Below, in pieces: positions 40,446-50,565 of a DNA stretch of 64,000 nucleotides. The notes under the pieces are model-generated. The model was not told where the DNA came from and did no database searches. It saw only the letters and a program-made list of their open reading frames with translations. Location: assembly GCA_002631715.1 (NCBI GenBank), contig MRSX01000002.1, forward strand, positions 152,478 to 216,477, written 5' to 3'. Made by a program: the position numbers and the translations under genes. Source of the stretch: Candidatus Porisulfidus sp. TsSOB. GTDB taxonomy: Bacteria; Pseudomonadota; Gammaproteobacteria; Poriferisulfidales; Poriferisulfidaceae. The stretch's first letter is position 1; every line of letters begins with the position of its first letter.

Positions 40446-41672
40446 GTGGTTACAAAACGCCTTTGGGCCATAGCAGGATTGGCCATCTCCCTGGGGATGG
40501 CACAGGCAAACGCCGAAACGCTGGAAAGCTACGCCCAGCGATTGGCTGAACATCCCCAAGTTACGAGAATCCTGGAGCAGAGTACCCGTTTCGAGGAACT
40601 ATCCGACGGTGAAATGGGTCTCCCGGACCCGCAGATCATTTTTGGTGCGGAGAACGTGCCAATCAATAGCCCGGCATTCGACCGATTCCTGCCCACTTCG
40701 AAAGTTTTAGGAGTCCAGCAGAAAATCCCCAACTATTCCCTGCGCAAAGCCCGATCCAGCAAACAGGAAAGCCTCGCCAAACGGCAAAATCTGGTCGCCG
40801 ACTATACGCGGAAGCGGCTGGAATCCATCCTCATTGGCCAGTTGGCTGAATTGGACAAGGTCAAAACCCTGGAGAGGCTGGCTGGAGAACAGTTGGAACT
40901 TTACCGCGCAATGGAAGAAGACATGCAGGGTCGGCTGGAGGCAGGCAGTCCCGTTTACGGGAGATTCTCAGAAATTGACGTTGACCGTGCCGGGGTGGAA
41001 CAGCGCCTGAACGACCTGAAAGTCGAGCGTGTGACCATCGAGGAGGAGCTTGTCCGCTTGGTCGGCGAGGTGCCGTCCATCCCCCTTCCCTCAGTTCCGG
41101 AAGTCGCATGGAATCGTGATGGAACGGCACTCTATCCGGTACGCATTGCCGCAGAAGATGTGCAAGTGGCCTCCAAGGACGTGGATGTGGCAGATGCGGC
41201 CTTCGGGCCCACCTATGGTGTGCAGGCACTCTACAAGCAGCGTGAATCCGGTGCAGGATTCTCCGGGGACGACTGGCTCAGCGTGCAGGCGACCGTTTCC
41301 ATCCCTTTATGGGCCACCTCTAACCAAAAGCCGAAATTGCGGGCAGCACAGGCAGGCAAACGCAGCGCCAGATACGCCTATGAGGATGTCCGACGCGAAT
41401 GGGTAGGACGCATGGCCACTCTCAAGGCCGAGCGTAACATCACCCTAGACAACATCGCACTGCTTCAGGAGAAGGCCTCCGCCCTTCAGGAAAAGACAGA
41501 AGCGGCGGAACGTGATTACGAGTCCGGCAACACCTCGCTGGAGTCCGTGCTCGAGACGCAGATCGATGCGTTGACCATTGCCGCACAACTGGCGGAACAG
41601 CGGAGCCGGCACGTCCGGCTGTCCGCCCAGTTCAATAGCCATATCGTGGGAGGACGCCATGAAAGCAATTAA
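40446..41672 (+). CDS. cusC: outer-membrane efflux protein (TolC/CusC/CzcC family)
   Basis: GTG start with RBS TAGGAGG; signal peptide; OEP repeats. Confidence 0.8.
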   Translation: MVTKRLWAIAGLAISLGMAQANAETLESYAQRLAEHPQVTRILEQSTRFEELSDGEMGLPDPQIIFGAENVPINSPAFDRFLPTSKVLGVQQKIPNYSLRKARSSKQESLAKRQNLVADYTRKRLESILIGQLAELDKVKTLERLAGEQLELYRAMEEDMQGRLEAGSPVYGRFSEIDVDRAGVEQRLNDLKVERVTIEEELVRLVGEVPSIPLPSVPEVAWNRDGTALYPVRIAAEDVQVASKDVDVADAAFGPTYGVQALYKQRESGAGFSGDDWLSVQATVSIPLWATSNQKPKLRAAQAGKRSARYAYEDVRREWVGRMATLKAERNITLDNIALLQEKASALQEKTEAAERDYESGNTSLESVLETQIDALTIAAQLAEQRSRHVRLSAQFNSHIVGGRHESN

Positions 41673-42759
41673 CATTTTGTGGGCCGTGCTGGCCCTCGTC
41701 ATAAATCCGGCATGGGCCGAAAGCAACCCGGCCGACAATACGGGACCGGAACATATCGCCACACGGGCGACCGTCGTCATCCCGCCGGAAACAGTTCAGA
41801 ACATCGGGGTTCGCACTGAAGACGCAGCCTTGGCCAGTTTTGGCATCCATATCAGGAGCTATGGCCTAGTCACGGAGAACGTGAGGAATGCCTATGCCAT
41901 CTCAAGTCGCGTTGCGGGATGGATCGAAGACTTGAAAATTACTGCGGTGGGGGACGAGGTTCGGAAAGACGACCTGCTCTTCACCCTGTACAGCCCTGAT
42001 CTGATTTCCGCTCAGCAGGACTACATCGCTGCCCTTGTCACTGGGAATAAAGGGAGAATCAATTCCAGCGCAAAACGTTTGCAGTCATTGGGCGTAGGCG
42101 ACAAAGCACTGGAACAGATCGGAGCCAAACGTCGGAAACTGGAGCGGTTGCCGTTTTATGCGGAAGCGGAAGGCATCGTCAGCCACTTGATGGTAAGCAA
42201 GGGAAGCTACGTTACCCCCGGTATGCAAATTGCCAGCATCCAAGACTACCGCTCCGTCTGGATCGAGGTCAGCGTGGCGGAAAAGGATCTGCAGTTTCTG
42301 GAAAAAGATGGAAAAGCCACTGTAACTTTTCCTAACTTGGGAAACGCCGAACGCGCTGCACGAATTGACTATATCTACCCGACCATCGACATGGACAGCC
42401 GCACGGGTCGGGTGCGGTTGGTGCTGAACAACCAAGGTGGCACCCTCAAGCCCGGTGCTTATACCGACGTGTTGTTCGAAACCAACGTCGAGCAGCGCCT
42501 GAGCGTGCCATCGGAAGCCATCCTGAAGAGTTCGGAGGGAGACTTTGTCATTGTTGCCTTGGGTGAAGGACGATTCCGTCCGCAAAAAATACAGACGGGT
42601 ATTCGCAGTAAAGGCCGGACAGAAGTTGTACACGGCTTGAAGGAAGGTGAAACCATCGTGGTCAGCAGCCAGTTCTTGATCGATTCCGAAAGCGCGCTTC
42701 GGGAATCTTTCCGCAAACTGCAAACAGTGCCAGCGGGAGGCGGCCATGCCCATCACTAG
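41659..42759 (+). CDS. cusB: efflux RND periplasmic adaptor (CusB/CzcB family)
   Basis: The ATG at 41659 (MKAINILWAVLALV signal) overlaps the cusC end by 14 nt. MFP beta-barrel/lipoyl-like motifs are present. Confidence 0.8.
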   Translation: MKAINILWAVLALVINPAWAESNPADNTGPEHIATRATVVIPPETVQNIGVRTEDAALASFGIHIRSYGLVTENVRNAYAISSRVAGWIEDLKITAVGDEVRKDDLLFTLYSPDLISAQQDYIAALVTGNKGRINSSAKRLQSLGVGDKALEQIGAKRRKLERLPFYAEAEGIVSHLMVSKGSYVTPGMQIASIQDYRSVWIEVSVAEKDLQFLEKDGKATVTFPNLGNAERAARIDYIYPTIDMDSRTGRVRLVLNNQGGTLKPGAYTDVLFETNVEQRLSVPSEAILKSSEGDFVIVALGEGRFRPQKIQTGIRSKGRTEVVHGLKEGETIVVSSQFLIDSESALRESFRKLQTVPAGGGHAHH

Positions 42760-45700
42760 CGACCATCTCAGCGACGATCCGACCCGATCGGTCACCGCCA
42801 AAATCATTGAATGGTCGGCGAACAACCCGCTGCTGATCATGGCGGTGGTAGCGGCCCTGCTGGTATCCGGCTGGCTCGCAATAAAGAACACGCCGCTCGA
42901 TGCCATCCCGGACTTGTCGGACACGCAGGTGATCATCCGCACAGACTTCCCTGGTCAATCTCCGCAAATTGTCGAAGACTTGGTGACCTACCCCCTATCC
43001 ACCACCATGCTGGGCCTGCCCAAAACCGAGGACGTGCGGGGGTTTTCCATGTTCGGCACTTCCTTCGTCTACATCATTTTCAAAGACGATGTGGATCTGT
43101 ATTGGGCCCGCAGCCGAGTCGCCGAAGTGCTTTCGAAAATCCAGGGAGACCTGCCGCAGAATGCCACGCCGCAAATTGGCCCGGATGCCACCGGCATGGG
43201 CTGGGTCTACCAGTATGCCCTGGTGGACAGGACCGGTAAGTACGATCTAGCCTATCTCCGATCTTTGCAGGACTGGTTCCTGAAGCTTGAACTAGCCACG
43301 GTCGAAGGTGTGTCCGAGGTGGCCTCGGTCGGTGGTTTCGTCAAAGAGTACCAAGTGTTGGTCGACCCCAACCGCCTGCGCGCCTACGACGTTCCGTTGC
43401 TTCGCATCGTGGATGCCGTCGGTGCAGCCAGCAAGGAGGTGGGAGGACGCGTGATCGAGCAGGGTGAAACGGAACTGATGATCCGCTCCAAGGGCTACAT
43501 CACAAACCTGGAAGAACTCGAAAAGGTTGTGGTCTATGCCAAGGGCGGCACACCGGTGGCCCTTTCCGACGTGGCACATATTGTCGAGGGCCCGGAATTG
43601 CGCCGTGGCGTGGTTGAGCTTGACGGTGAGGGCGAAGTCGTGGGAGGCGTGATCGTCATGCGTTCCGGAGAGAATGCCCTGGCGGTCATTGAAAGAGTCA
43701 AGGAAAAACTGGAAGAATTGAAACTTGGCCTTCCCCAAGGGGTCGAAGTTCAGACCGTCTACGACCGCGCCCCGCTGATCAAAGGGGCCATTGACTACCT
43801 GACCCGGAAGCTGATCGAGGAAGGACTCGCGGTTGCCTTGGTCTGCCTGCTTTTCCTGCTTCATTTCCGCTCCGCGTTCGTGGCCATTGTCACCCTGCCG
43901 CTCGGCATACTGGCAGCCTTCCTTGTGATGTCGGCCCAGGGAATCACCGCCAACATCATGTCCCTGGGCGGCATCGCGATCGCCATTGGCGCCATGGTCG
44001 ATGCCTCCGTCGTGATGGTCGAGAACGCCCACCGCAAACTCTCTCGGATGGCACCGGGTGCCGACATAAGGGAAAGGCGTGCGGCCATACTGCTGGCAGC
44101 CAAAGAAGTGGGCCCGGGACTGTTTTTTTCGCTCCTGATTATTACCGTGTCGTTTCTGCCGGTCTTTGCCTTGGCCGGGGAATCTTTCCGCTTGTTCTCA
44201 CCCCTGGCATTTACCAAGACCTATGCCATGGCTTTCGCGGCGATTCTCTCGATTACGGTCGTCCCGGTGCTGATGATGTGGCTGCTGCGTGGCAAGATCC
44301 GACGAGAGGCAAGCAATCCGATCAACCGCGGACTCGCCTGGTCCTACACTCCCCTGCTCGCGGCAGCACTGCGCCACAAGTGGCTTACGATGACCGTCGT
44401 CGGCGTACTGCTGGCAAGTGCGGCCCTGCCCCTTTCACGCATCGGTTCGGAATTCATGCCCGCCCTGTACGAAGGCGAGCTGCTCTACATGCCAACCACC
44501 CTGCCCGGCGTGTCAATCACCAAGGCCAAGGAGGTCCTGGCCCAGACCAACCGCCTGATCAAGACGGCCCCGGAAGTGGAAATGGTGTTCGGCAAGGTCG
44601 GGCGTGCAGACACCGCAACCGATCCGGCTCCGATCTCGATGGTCGAGAGCTGGATACGGCTCAAGCCGAAAGATGAATGGCGCAGCGGGCTTACCGCCGA
44701 GGAACTGATCGCGGATCTTGACCAACGAGTGAAATTGCCCGGCTTGGTCAACAGTTGGGGCTATCCAATCAAAATCCGCACCGATATGATCTCCACCGGT
44801 ATCCGCACGCCGGTTGGAATCAAAATCTCCGGAGCGGACTTGAACGAAATCAACCAGGTCGCGCTGGATGTAGAGGCCGCCATCAGTGATATCGAGGGCA
44901 CGCGTTCCGCTTTTGCCGACCGTGTCGTCGGCGGAAAATATCTGGAAATCGACCCCGATCGGGACGAATTGGCGCGGCAGAACATAGATTTGGGTATGTT
45001 CCAGCGCATTATCCAGACTGCTCTGGGCGGAATGAAAATTTCCGAGTCGGTACAGGGCCGCGAACGCTACAACATCATGCTGCGCTACGAACGGCCTTTC
45101 CGGGAATACCCGGAAGACCTGGCCGATATCCTGGTGCCAACCCCGCAGGGACAGCATATCCCGCTGGGTGAATTGGCCAGCATCGAGTTTGTCGAGGGCC
45201 CGCCGATGATCAAATCCGAAAACGCCCGGCTCTCGGGCTGGGTATTCGTGGATATCGCAGACCGGGATATCGGATCGTACGTGGATGAGGCTCAATCCGC
45301 AGTGGCGAAAAAGGTGAAATTGCCCCCGGGATACGCGATCGAGTGGTCGGGACAGTTTGAACAGATGCTGCAAGCTAAGGCACGGATGCAAATCGCCATC
45401 CCGTCAGCCATTCTCATCATCTTCATGCTGCTCATGCTGCATTTCGGCAGGCTGGACCGCACGCTCATGGTGATGTTGTCCTTGCCGTTCGGCTTGATTG
45501 GCGGATTTTGGGCACTTTACCTAGCCGGGTACCACTTCTCCGTCGCAGTGGGAGTTGGGTTCATCGCGTTGGGCGGAGTTGCCGCCGAAATCGCAGTGGT
45601 GATGCTGCTTTATCTCGACCATCAGGTACGACAACGCGCTCCCGAAAACCTCAAGGAACTGACCGAAGCCATCCTGCAGGGCGCGACATTGCGGGTTCGG

Positions 45701-45907
45701 CCTATTTTGATGACAGCGTTAATCATCATCGCGGGATTGATTCCGATATTCATCACCGAGGGCTTGGGCTCGGATGTGATGCGCCGGATCGCCCTGCCCA
45801 TGCTGGGCGGCATGTCTTCAACCCTGATTCTGACTCTCATCGCGGTTCCGGTACTTTACCGTCTGTGGGAAGGCCGTCGTTTCAGCCGAGCAGGAGAAAA
45901 ATCCTAG
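42746..45907 (+). CDS. cusA: heavy-metal (Cu/Ag-type) efflux RND pump
   Basis: Collinear with E. coli CusA over the full length (PDLSDTQVIIRTDFPGQSPQIVE..., ...YRLW end); 12 TM. Confidence 0.9.
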   Translation: MPITSDHLSDDPTRSVTAKIIEWSANNPLLIMAVVAALLVSGWLAIKNTPLDAIPDLSDTQVIIRTDFPGQSPQIVEDLVTYPLSTTMLGLPKTEDVRGFSMFGTSFVYIIFKDDVDLYWARSRVAEVLSKIQGDLPQNATPQIGPDATGMGWVYQYALVDRTGKYDLAYLRSLQDWFLKLELATVEGVSEVASVGGFVKEYQVLVDPNRLRAYDVPLLRIVDAVGAASKEVGGRVIEQGETELMIRSKGYITNLEELEKVVVYAKGGTPVALSDVAHIVEGPELRRGVVELDGEGEVVGGVIVMRSGENALAVIERVKEKLEELKLGLPQGVEVQTVYDRAPLIKGAIDYLTRKLIEEGLAVALVCLLFLLHFRSAFVAIVTLPLGILAAFLVMSAQGITANIMSLGGIAIAIGAMVDASVVMVENAHRKLSRMAPGADIRERRAAILLAAKEVGPGLFFSLLIITVSFLPVFALAGESFRLFSPLAFTKTYAMAFAAILSITVVPVLMMWLLRGKIRREASNPINRGLAWSYTPLLAAALRHKWLTMTVVGVLLASAALPLSRIGSEFMPALYEGELLYMPTTLPGVSITKAKEVLAQTNRLIKTAPEVEMVFGKVGRADTATDPAPISMVESWIRLKPKDEWRSGLTAEELIADLDQRVKLPGLVNSWGYPIKIRTDMISTGIRTPVGIKISGADLNEINQVALDVEAAISDIEGTRSAFADRVVGGKYLEIDPDRDELARQNIDLGMFQRIIQTALGGMKISESVQGRERYNIMLRYERPFREYPEDLADILVPTPQGQHIPLGELASIEFVEGPPMIKSENARLSGWVFVDIADRDIGSYVDEAQSAVAKKVKLPPGYAIEWSGQFEQMLQAKARMQIAIPSAILIIFMLLMLHFGRLDRTLMVMLSLPFGLIGGFWALYLAGYHFSVAVGVGFIALGGVAAEIAVVMLLYLDHQVRQRAPENLKELTEAILQGATLRVRPILMTALIIIAGLIPIFITEGLGSDVMRRIALPMLGGMSSTLILTLIAVPVLYRLWEGRRFSRAGEKS

Positions 45908-46024
45908 GAAAAAGCCCGTTTGTACTGTCAACAGATGCTTGGATGGTGTGCAGGCTCGGCTCGAAGCCCGAATTCTGCTAGAATGCGCACCCCGCAACCT
46001 GCGGACGACTTTCTGGAGCAACTT

Positions 46025-46279
46025 TTGGTCACCATCCGTCTGTCTCGAGCCGGCGCGAAGAAGCGCCCGTTCTACCACCTGGTAGTCACCGATTCGCGCA
46101 AACCCCGCGACAGTGGGTACATTGAGCGTCTGGGCTTCTTCAATCCCATCGCCACCGGCAAGGAAGAAGAGTTGCGCATCGACCAGGAACGCGTACAGCA
46201 CTGGCTGGACCAGGGTGCAAAACTTTCAGACCGTGCGGCGCAGCTGGTCCGCAAACACGCCAAGCTGCAGGCCGCCTGA
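46025..46279 (+). CDS. rpsP: 30S ribosomal protein S16
   Basis: TTG start preceded by GGAG. (M)[20 protein letters not shown] matches S16. Confidence 0.9.
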   Translation: MVTIRLSRAGAKKRPFYHLVVTDSRKPRDSGYIERLGFFNPIATGKEEELRIDQERVQHWLDQGAKLSDRAAQLVRKHAKLQAA

Positions 46280-46340
46280 GGCCGTCCCCCTGAACACCCC
46301 CTCCGCCACGGATCCGTCCGGTTCCGCGGCTCCCGCCTAT

Positions 46341-46832
46341 GTGCTGTGCGGTTACATCAGCGGTGTATACGGCGTTCGGGGCTGGGTCAAGATATTTTCG
46401 TACACCCGCCCCATCGACAACCTCCTCCGCTATCGCCCGTGGCAACTGCGTGACGATGGAAGCAATGGCATCTATAACCTGGAATCGAGTCGACGCACTC
46501 ACCGGGGGCTGGTCGCGAAGCTTCACGGTGTGGACGACCGCGACCAGGCAGAAGCGTTGCGCGGCCAGAAAATCTGGATTGATGCGGCTCAATTCCCAAC
46601 TCTGCCGAAGGGCGAGTACTACCAGCGCCAACTGCTGGGGCTGGCCGCATTCGATCAGCAAGGTGAAGCACTTGGGACGGTCGACCAGATCCTGGAGACC
46701 GGCGCCCACGACGTTTTGCTCATTCGCGGAGAGCAGGAGTATCTCATCCCCTACGCTCCCGGCGAGACCGTGCTCAAGATTGACCTGTCTCAAGGCCGCA
46801 TCGACCTGCGATGGGACGGCGTGCGGGAGTGA
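46341..46832 (+). CDS. rimM: ribosome maturation factor RimM
   Basis: GVYGVRGWVKIFSYT... are RimM motifs. The start is uncertain; the GTG at 46341 is the first plausible start after the rpsP stop. Confidence 0.75.
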   Translation: MLCGYISGVYGVRGWVKIFSYTRPIDNLLRYRPWQLRDDGSNGIYNLESSRRTHRGLVAKLHGVDDRDQAEALRGQKIWIDAAQFPTLPKGEYYQRQLLGLAAFDQQGEALGTVDQILETGAHDVLLIRGEQEYLIPYAPGETVLKIDLSQGRIDLRWDGVRE

Positions 46833-46836
46833 CGTC

Positions 46837-47598
46837 ATGCGCTTTGATGTCGTCGCGCTGTTTCCGGGAATTGTCGAGGCCGTTGTCTCCGAAGGGGTGG
46901 TCGGCCGGGCATGCGCCCAAGGAAAACTGGAAGTCCATTGCATTAACCCCCGCGATTTCACCGAAGACCCACATCGCACCGTTGATGATCGCCCTTATGG
47001 CGGCGGACCCGGCATGGTCATGCAATACGAACCGCTGGCACGGGCGCACGAAGCGGCACGCCGGGCGAACCCGGAAGCCCGCACGGTCGCGCTGACCCCG
47101 CAGGGAATCCCCTTTACCCAAGAACTGGCGCAAGAGACGGCGGAAAAAAACGGCTTGATCCTGATCGCCGGGCGCTACGAAGGGATCGACGAACGCTTTC
47201 TGCAGCAACGGACAGATGCCGAGTGGTCGGTCGGCGATTACGTTCTGTCCGGCGGCGAATTGGCTGCGGCTGTAGTGATCGACGCCGTTGCCCGTTTGCT
47301 GCCAGACGTTCTTGGCTGCGCGGAATCGGCCGGGCAGGACTCGTTCAGCGAGGGACTTCTAGACTGCCCGCACTACACCCGGCCGGAAGAAATCGATGGC
47401 CTGCGCGTGCCGGAGGTGCTTTTAACCGGCGATCATGGCAAAATAGAACGCTGGCGGCGGCGAGAAATGCTTGGACGCACCTACCGGCGCCGCCCGGATC
47501 TGCTTGAACGCACCGCACTGTCGACGGAAGACCAAGCATTGCTGGACGAATACCTGAACGCAACCTCTGAGGACAAGAACCGTGAGCGCGACGATTGA
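46837..47598 (+). CDS. trmD: tRNA (guanine37-N1)-methyltransferase
   Basis: [11 protein letters not shown]...SPOUT knot motifs ([19 protein letters not shown]). Confidence 0.9.
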   Translation: MRFDVVALFPGIVEAVVSEGVVGRACAQGKLEVHCINPRDFTEDPHRTVDDRPYGGGPGMVMQYEPLARAHEAARRANPEARTVALTPQGIPFTQELAQETAEKNGLILIAGRYEGIDERFLQQRTDAEWSVGDYVLSGGELAAAVVIDAVARLLPDVLGCAESAGQDSFSEGLLDCPHYTRPEEIDGLRVPEVLLTGDHGKIERWRRREMLGRTYRRRPDLLERTALSTEDQALLDEYLNATSEDKNRERDD

Positions 47599-47938
47599 GA
47601 AACTGGAAAGCGCCCAAATGCGCCAAGACCTGGCGGATATTGAATTCACCCCGGGCGACACGGTCGCAGTCTCGGTTAAGGTTCGGGAAGGTGAACGTGA
47701 ACGCTTGCAAATATTCGAGGGCGTGGTGATCGCCCGGCGAAATCGCGGTCTGAATTCTTCGTTTACGGTGCGAAAAATCTCGCACGGCGAAGGCGTGGAG
47801 CGAGTGTTCCAGATGCACAGTCCGCTGATCGACTCGATCAATGTCAAGCGCCGCGGAAAAGTGCGTCGCGCGAAGTTGTACTATCTCCGCGGCCGTACCG
47901 GAAAAGCCGCCCGCATCCAGGAAAAGCTCGGCGGGTAA
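47582..47938 (+). CDS. rplS: 50S ribosomal protein L19
   Basis: GTG start overlapping the trmD end. [27 protein letters not shown] matches L19. Confidence 0.9.
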   Translation: MSATIEKLESAQMRQDLADIEFTPGDTVAVSVKVREGERERLQIFEGVVIARRNRGLNSSFTVRKISHGEGVERVFQMHSPLIDSINVKRRGKVRRAKLYYLRGRTGKAARIQEKLGG

Positions 47939-47942
47939 TTTC

Positions 47943-48458
47943 ATGGCCGTGTCGGACGCCACCGGCTTCCAGAGTTTCGACACGCCTCTCGATGCACCGA
48001 TTGAAATCTATGCCGACCGGCACGGCGTGTCGGCGATCTTCTTCAACCTGGACCGCCAAAAGCAACGTTCGGATCGTCCGAACACCTTGACCCGCACTGC
48101 TGCACAGCAGCTCCGGGAATACTTCGAAGGAAAGCGTCAGACGTTCGATCTTCCGCTTTCATCCCTCGCCCTGGACAACTCAGTTACCGAGTACCGGCGC
48201 AGAGTGTGGAGTACGCTTCTGGAAATTCCTTACGGGCAGACCCGGACTTATACCGACATCGCCAAGAAGGCCGGAGGCAGTCCGCGTTCGGTCGGCACTG
48301 CCAACGGTCGCAATCCTCTCTGCGTCGTCGTGCCCTGCCACCGCGTGGTCGCGAAAAACGGCCTCGGAGGCTACGGCGGACCGCTGATTCCCGAGAAAGG
48401 ACCCGAACTTTTGGAGATCAAGCGTCGTCTTCTGGAGCACGAACAACGTCACGCCTGA
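47943..48458 (+). CDS. ogt: methylated-DNA--protein-cysteine methyltransferase
   Basis: PCHRVV active site with HTH; 171 aa from the ATG at 47943. Confidence 0.8.
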   Translation: MAVSDATGFQSFDTPLDAPIEIYADRHGVSAIFFNLDRQKQRSDRPNTLTRTAAQQLREYFEGKRQTFDLPLSSLALDNSVTEYRRRVWSTLLEIPYGQTRTYTDIAKKAGGSPRSVGTANGRNPLCVVVPCHRVVAKNGLGGYGGPLIPEKGPELLEIKRRLLEHEQRHA

Positions 48459-49311
48459 CGCCCCGGCTCCGACCCAGTCGCTGAGTCCCTCCGTCGAACG
48501 CAAGGCACCCCAAAAAGAGAAACGCGGCCACCGTGACGATGGTCGGCCCGGTTGGAGTGTCGAACCAGAGCGAACCGTAAAGGCCCAGCACGCCAGAAAG
48601 TGTCGCGACCAGTACCGCGATCAGCGCCATTTGTTCCGGAGTGTGCGCCAAAGTCCGTGCCGCCGCAGCCGGAACGATCATCAGGGCGACGACCAGCAAG
48701 GCACCCACCACCTGCATGCCCACGGCCACCACGGCGGCCACCAGGGCCATGTAAAGTAGTTGATTACGCAAGGGTTTCGCGCCTTCGGCTGCCGCCAGGC
48801 CCTCGTGCAGGGTTGCCGCCACCAACGGGCGCCAGATCACCGCCAGCACCAGAAGACCAAACAAGCCGCCCAGCCCGATTAGCGCCAAGTCTTCCCGGCC
48901 AACCGCCAGCACATCTCCAAACAGGTAGGCGGTCAATTCATACTGCCGGTAGTTGTCCGTCAAGGCCATGGCAACGAGTCCAATGGCAAGAGTCGAGTGC
49001 GCCAGCACCCCGAGAATCGTATCACCTGGCAGGCGCGACACCCGCTGCAACACCACCACTGCCGCCGCCACGAGAAACGCGACTCCAAACACTCCGGCCT
49101 CCGGGTTGAGTCCGAGAATTATGCCGAGCACCACGCCGAGCAATGCGGAATGCGCCATGGTGTCGCCAAAATAGGCCTTGCGCTGCCAAAGAATCACGCA
49201 GCCAGTCGGCCCGGCCACCGCCGCAACAGCCAAGGTTGCGAGCAAGGCGCGAAAGAAGAAATCGTCCAGCACAGGCAGGAGAGTCAGGTGTCCAGTGACT
49301 CGCCCTGGCAC
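48418..49311 (-). CDS. znuB: zinc ABC transporter permease ZnuB
   Basis: ILWQRKAYFGDTMAHSALLGVVLG aligns with ZnuB. The start is uncertain (ATG 49311 overlapping znuC, or GTG 49272). Confidence 0.8.
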   Translation of the reverse strand: MPGRVTGHLTLLPVLDDFFFRALLATLAVAAVAGPTGCVILWQRKAYFGDTMAHSALLGVVLGIILGLNPEAGVFGVAFLVAAAVVVLQRVSRLPGDTILGVLAHSTLAIGLVAMALTDNYRQYELTAYLFGDVLAVGREDLALIGLGGLFGLLVLAVIWRPLVAATLHEGLAAAEGAKPLRNQLLYMALVAAVVAVGMQVVGALLVVALMIVPAAAARTLAHTPEQMALIAVLVATLSGVLGLYGSLWFDTPTGPTIVTVAAFLFLGCLAFDGGTQRLGRSRGVRRDVVRAPEDDA

Positions 49312-50036
49312 TGGTGGCGGACATGTCGGTAGGCTTCAGCGCGGGTGCCAAACAACTGATGGAACTCCGGGTGGTCCACCGTGTCCTCCGGCGCCCCCAT
49401 GCAGCGGATCGTCCCATTCAGGCAGACAACCTGATCGGTCCGACTCATCACGTAATGCAGGTCATGGCTGGTCATCAACGCCGCACATCCCCGGTGTTCG
49501 ACGACCTCCGAGATCAACTGGTACATCTCCGCTTCGCTGGAGAAATCGATGCCCCGCAACGGCTCGTCCATCACCAGAAGATCGGGGTTGCGTGACAGTG
49601 CCCGGGCCAGCATCACCCGCTGGAATTCACCGTGCGAGAGTTCATTGACCTGAGAGCCGGACAGATGGCTGGCGCCAACCTCCCCCAAGGCATTCGCAAT
49701 GATATCCGCCGAACACGAAGAAGTCAGCGTCATCAGGCGCCGTACTGTCAGAGGCAGGTCGAACTGAACCGGGTCGGTGGGCGGCACGTAACCGATCTGA
49801 AGTCCGGGTGCACGAACTACGTCGCCTGCATCCGGGCGATACAGCCCGAGCAGAGTCTTGAGCAGGGTGCTCTTGCCAGCCCCATTGGGACCGACCACAG
49901 TCACCACTTCGCCGGGGCGAATCTCAAGGTTGACGTCATGAATGATCCAGCGCCCGCCCCGATGAACCCCCACGGAACTCGCGCGAATCAGGAGCTCACC
50001 CGAATCATGCGGCGGCATTTTCTGCCCCCTCGGCAC
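49284..50036 (-). CDS. znuC: zinc ABC transporter ATP-binding protein ZnuC
   Basis: Walker A GPNGAGKST, signature LSHGEFQRVMLARAL, Walker B LVMDEP. Confidence 0.85.
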   Translation of the reverse strand: MPRGQKMPPHDSGELLIRASSVGVHRGGRWIIHDVNLEIRPGEVVTVVGPNGAGKSTLLKTLLGLYRPDAGDVVRAPGLQIGYVPPTDPVQFDLPLTVRRLMTLTSSCSADIIANALGEVGASHLSGSQVNELSHGEFQRVMLARALSRNPDLLVMDEPLRGIDFSSEAEMYQLISEVVEHRGCAALMTSHDLHYVMSRTDQVVCLNGTIRCMGAPEDTVDHPEFHQLFGTRAEAYRHVRHQCQGESLDT

Positions 50037-50505
50037 AATTGGGGCAATACCCGACGGCTTCCAGCAATCGGGTATGGATTGTGAATCCGGATTGCTGGGC
50101 CAGTTTGTCCATCATGGACCCTAGCTTGATCTCTTCGCGTTCCATGACAACGCCACACGCCTTGCACACGAAAAGCACGGCGCCGTGCCGCTCGGTGAGC
50201 CGGTAGCAAGCAACATAAGCATTGCTGCTGGCAACACGGTGCACCAAGCCCATGGATTCCAGGAAATCAAGCGCCCGGTATACCTGGACCGGAGCCCGGG
50301 CACGCCCCCCCCAGTCGAAACGTCTGAGGATTTCATAGGCGCCAAGGGCGCAGTGGCTGTCGAGCAGCAACTCCAAAACTGCCCGTCGATTTTCGGTCAA
50401 CCGCTTACCGCGACTCTGGCAGACCGTCTCTGCGTGCGCCAAAGTGTCCGAAATGCAGGACTGATGATCGTGCGGGGAGGCTGGGAGTCGGGATTCAGCG
50501 GTCAT
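50005..50505 (-). CDS. zur: zinc uptake regulator Zur (Fur family)
   Basis: Fur-family winged helix with CxxC pairs (FVCKACG, YCPNCAEG). It overlaps the znuC start. Confidence 0.8.
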   Translation of the reverse strand: MTAESRLPASPHDHQSCISDTLAHAETVCQSRGKRLTENRRAVLELLLDSHCALGAYEILRRFDWGGRARAPVQVYRALDFLESMGLVHRVASSNAYVACYRLTERHGAVLFVCKACGVVMEREEIKLGSMMDKLAQQSGFTIHTRLLEAVGYCPNCAEGAENAAA

Positions 50506-50544
50506 TCAAGTCGTCACATGGGCAGAATCGGCCCAAGCAATCTG

Positions 50545-50565
50545 CATGTAATATTATAACTTTAG
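50545..50565. promoter_or_regulatory. putative Zur box in the zur-znuCB promoter
   Basis: aTGTAATATTATAACtTT is an AT-rich imperfect palindrome resembling gammaproteobacterial Zur operators, about 40-60 nt upstream of zur. Confidence 0.35.

Noticed and set aside
44513-45391. 292-aa ORF on the minus strand
   Set aside because: Antisense inside cusA.
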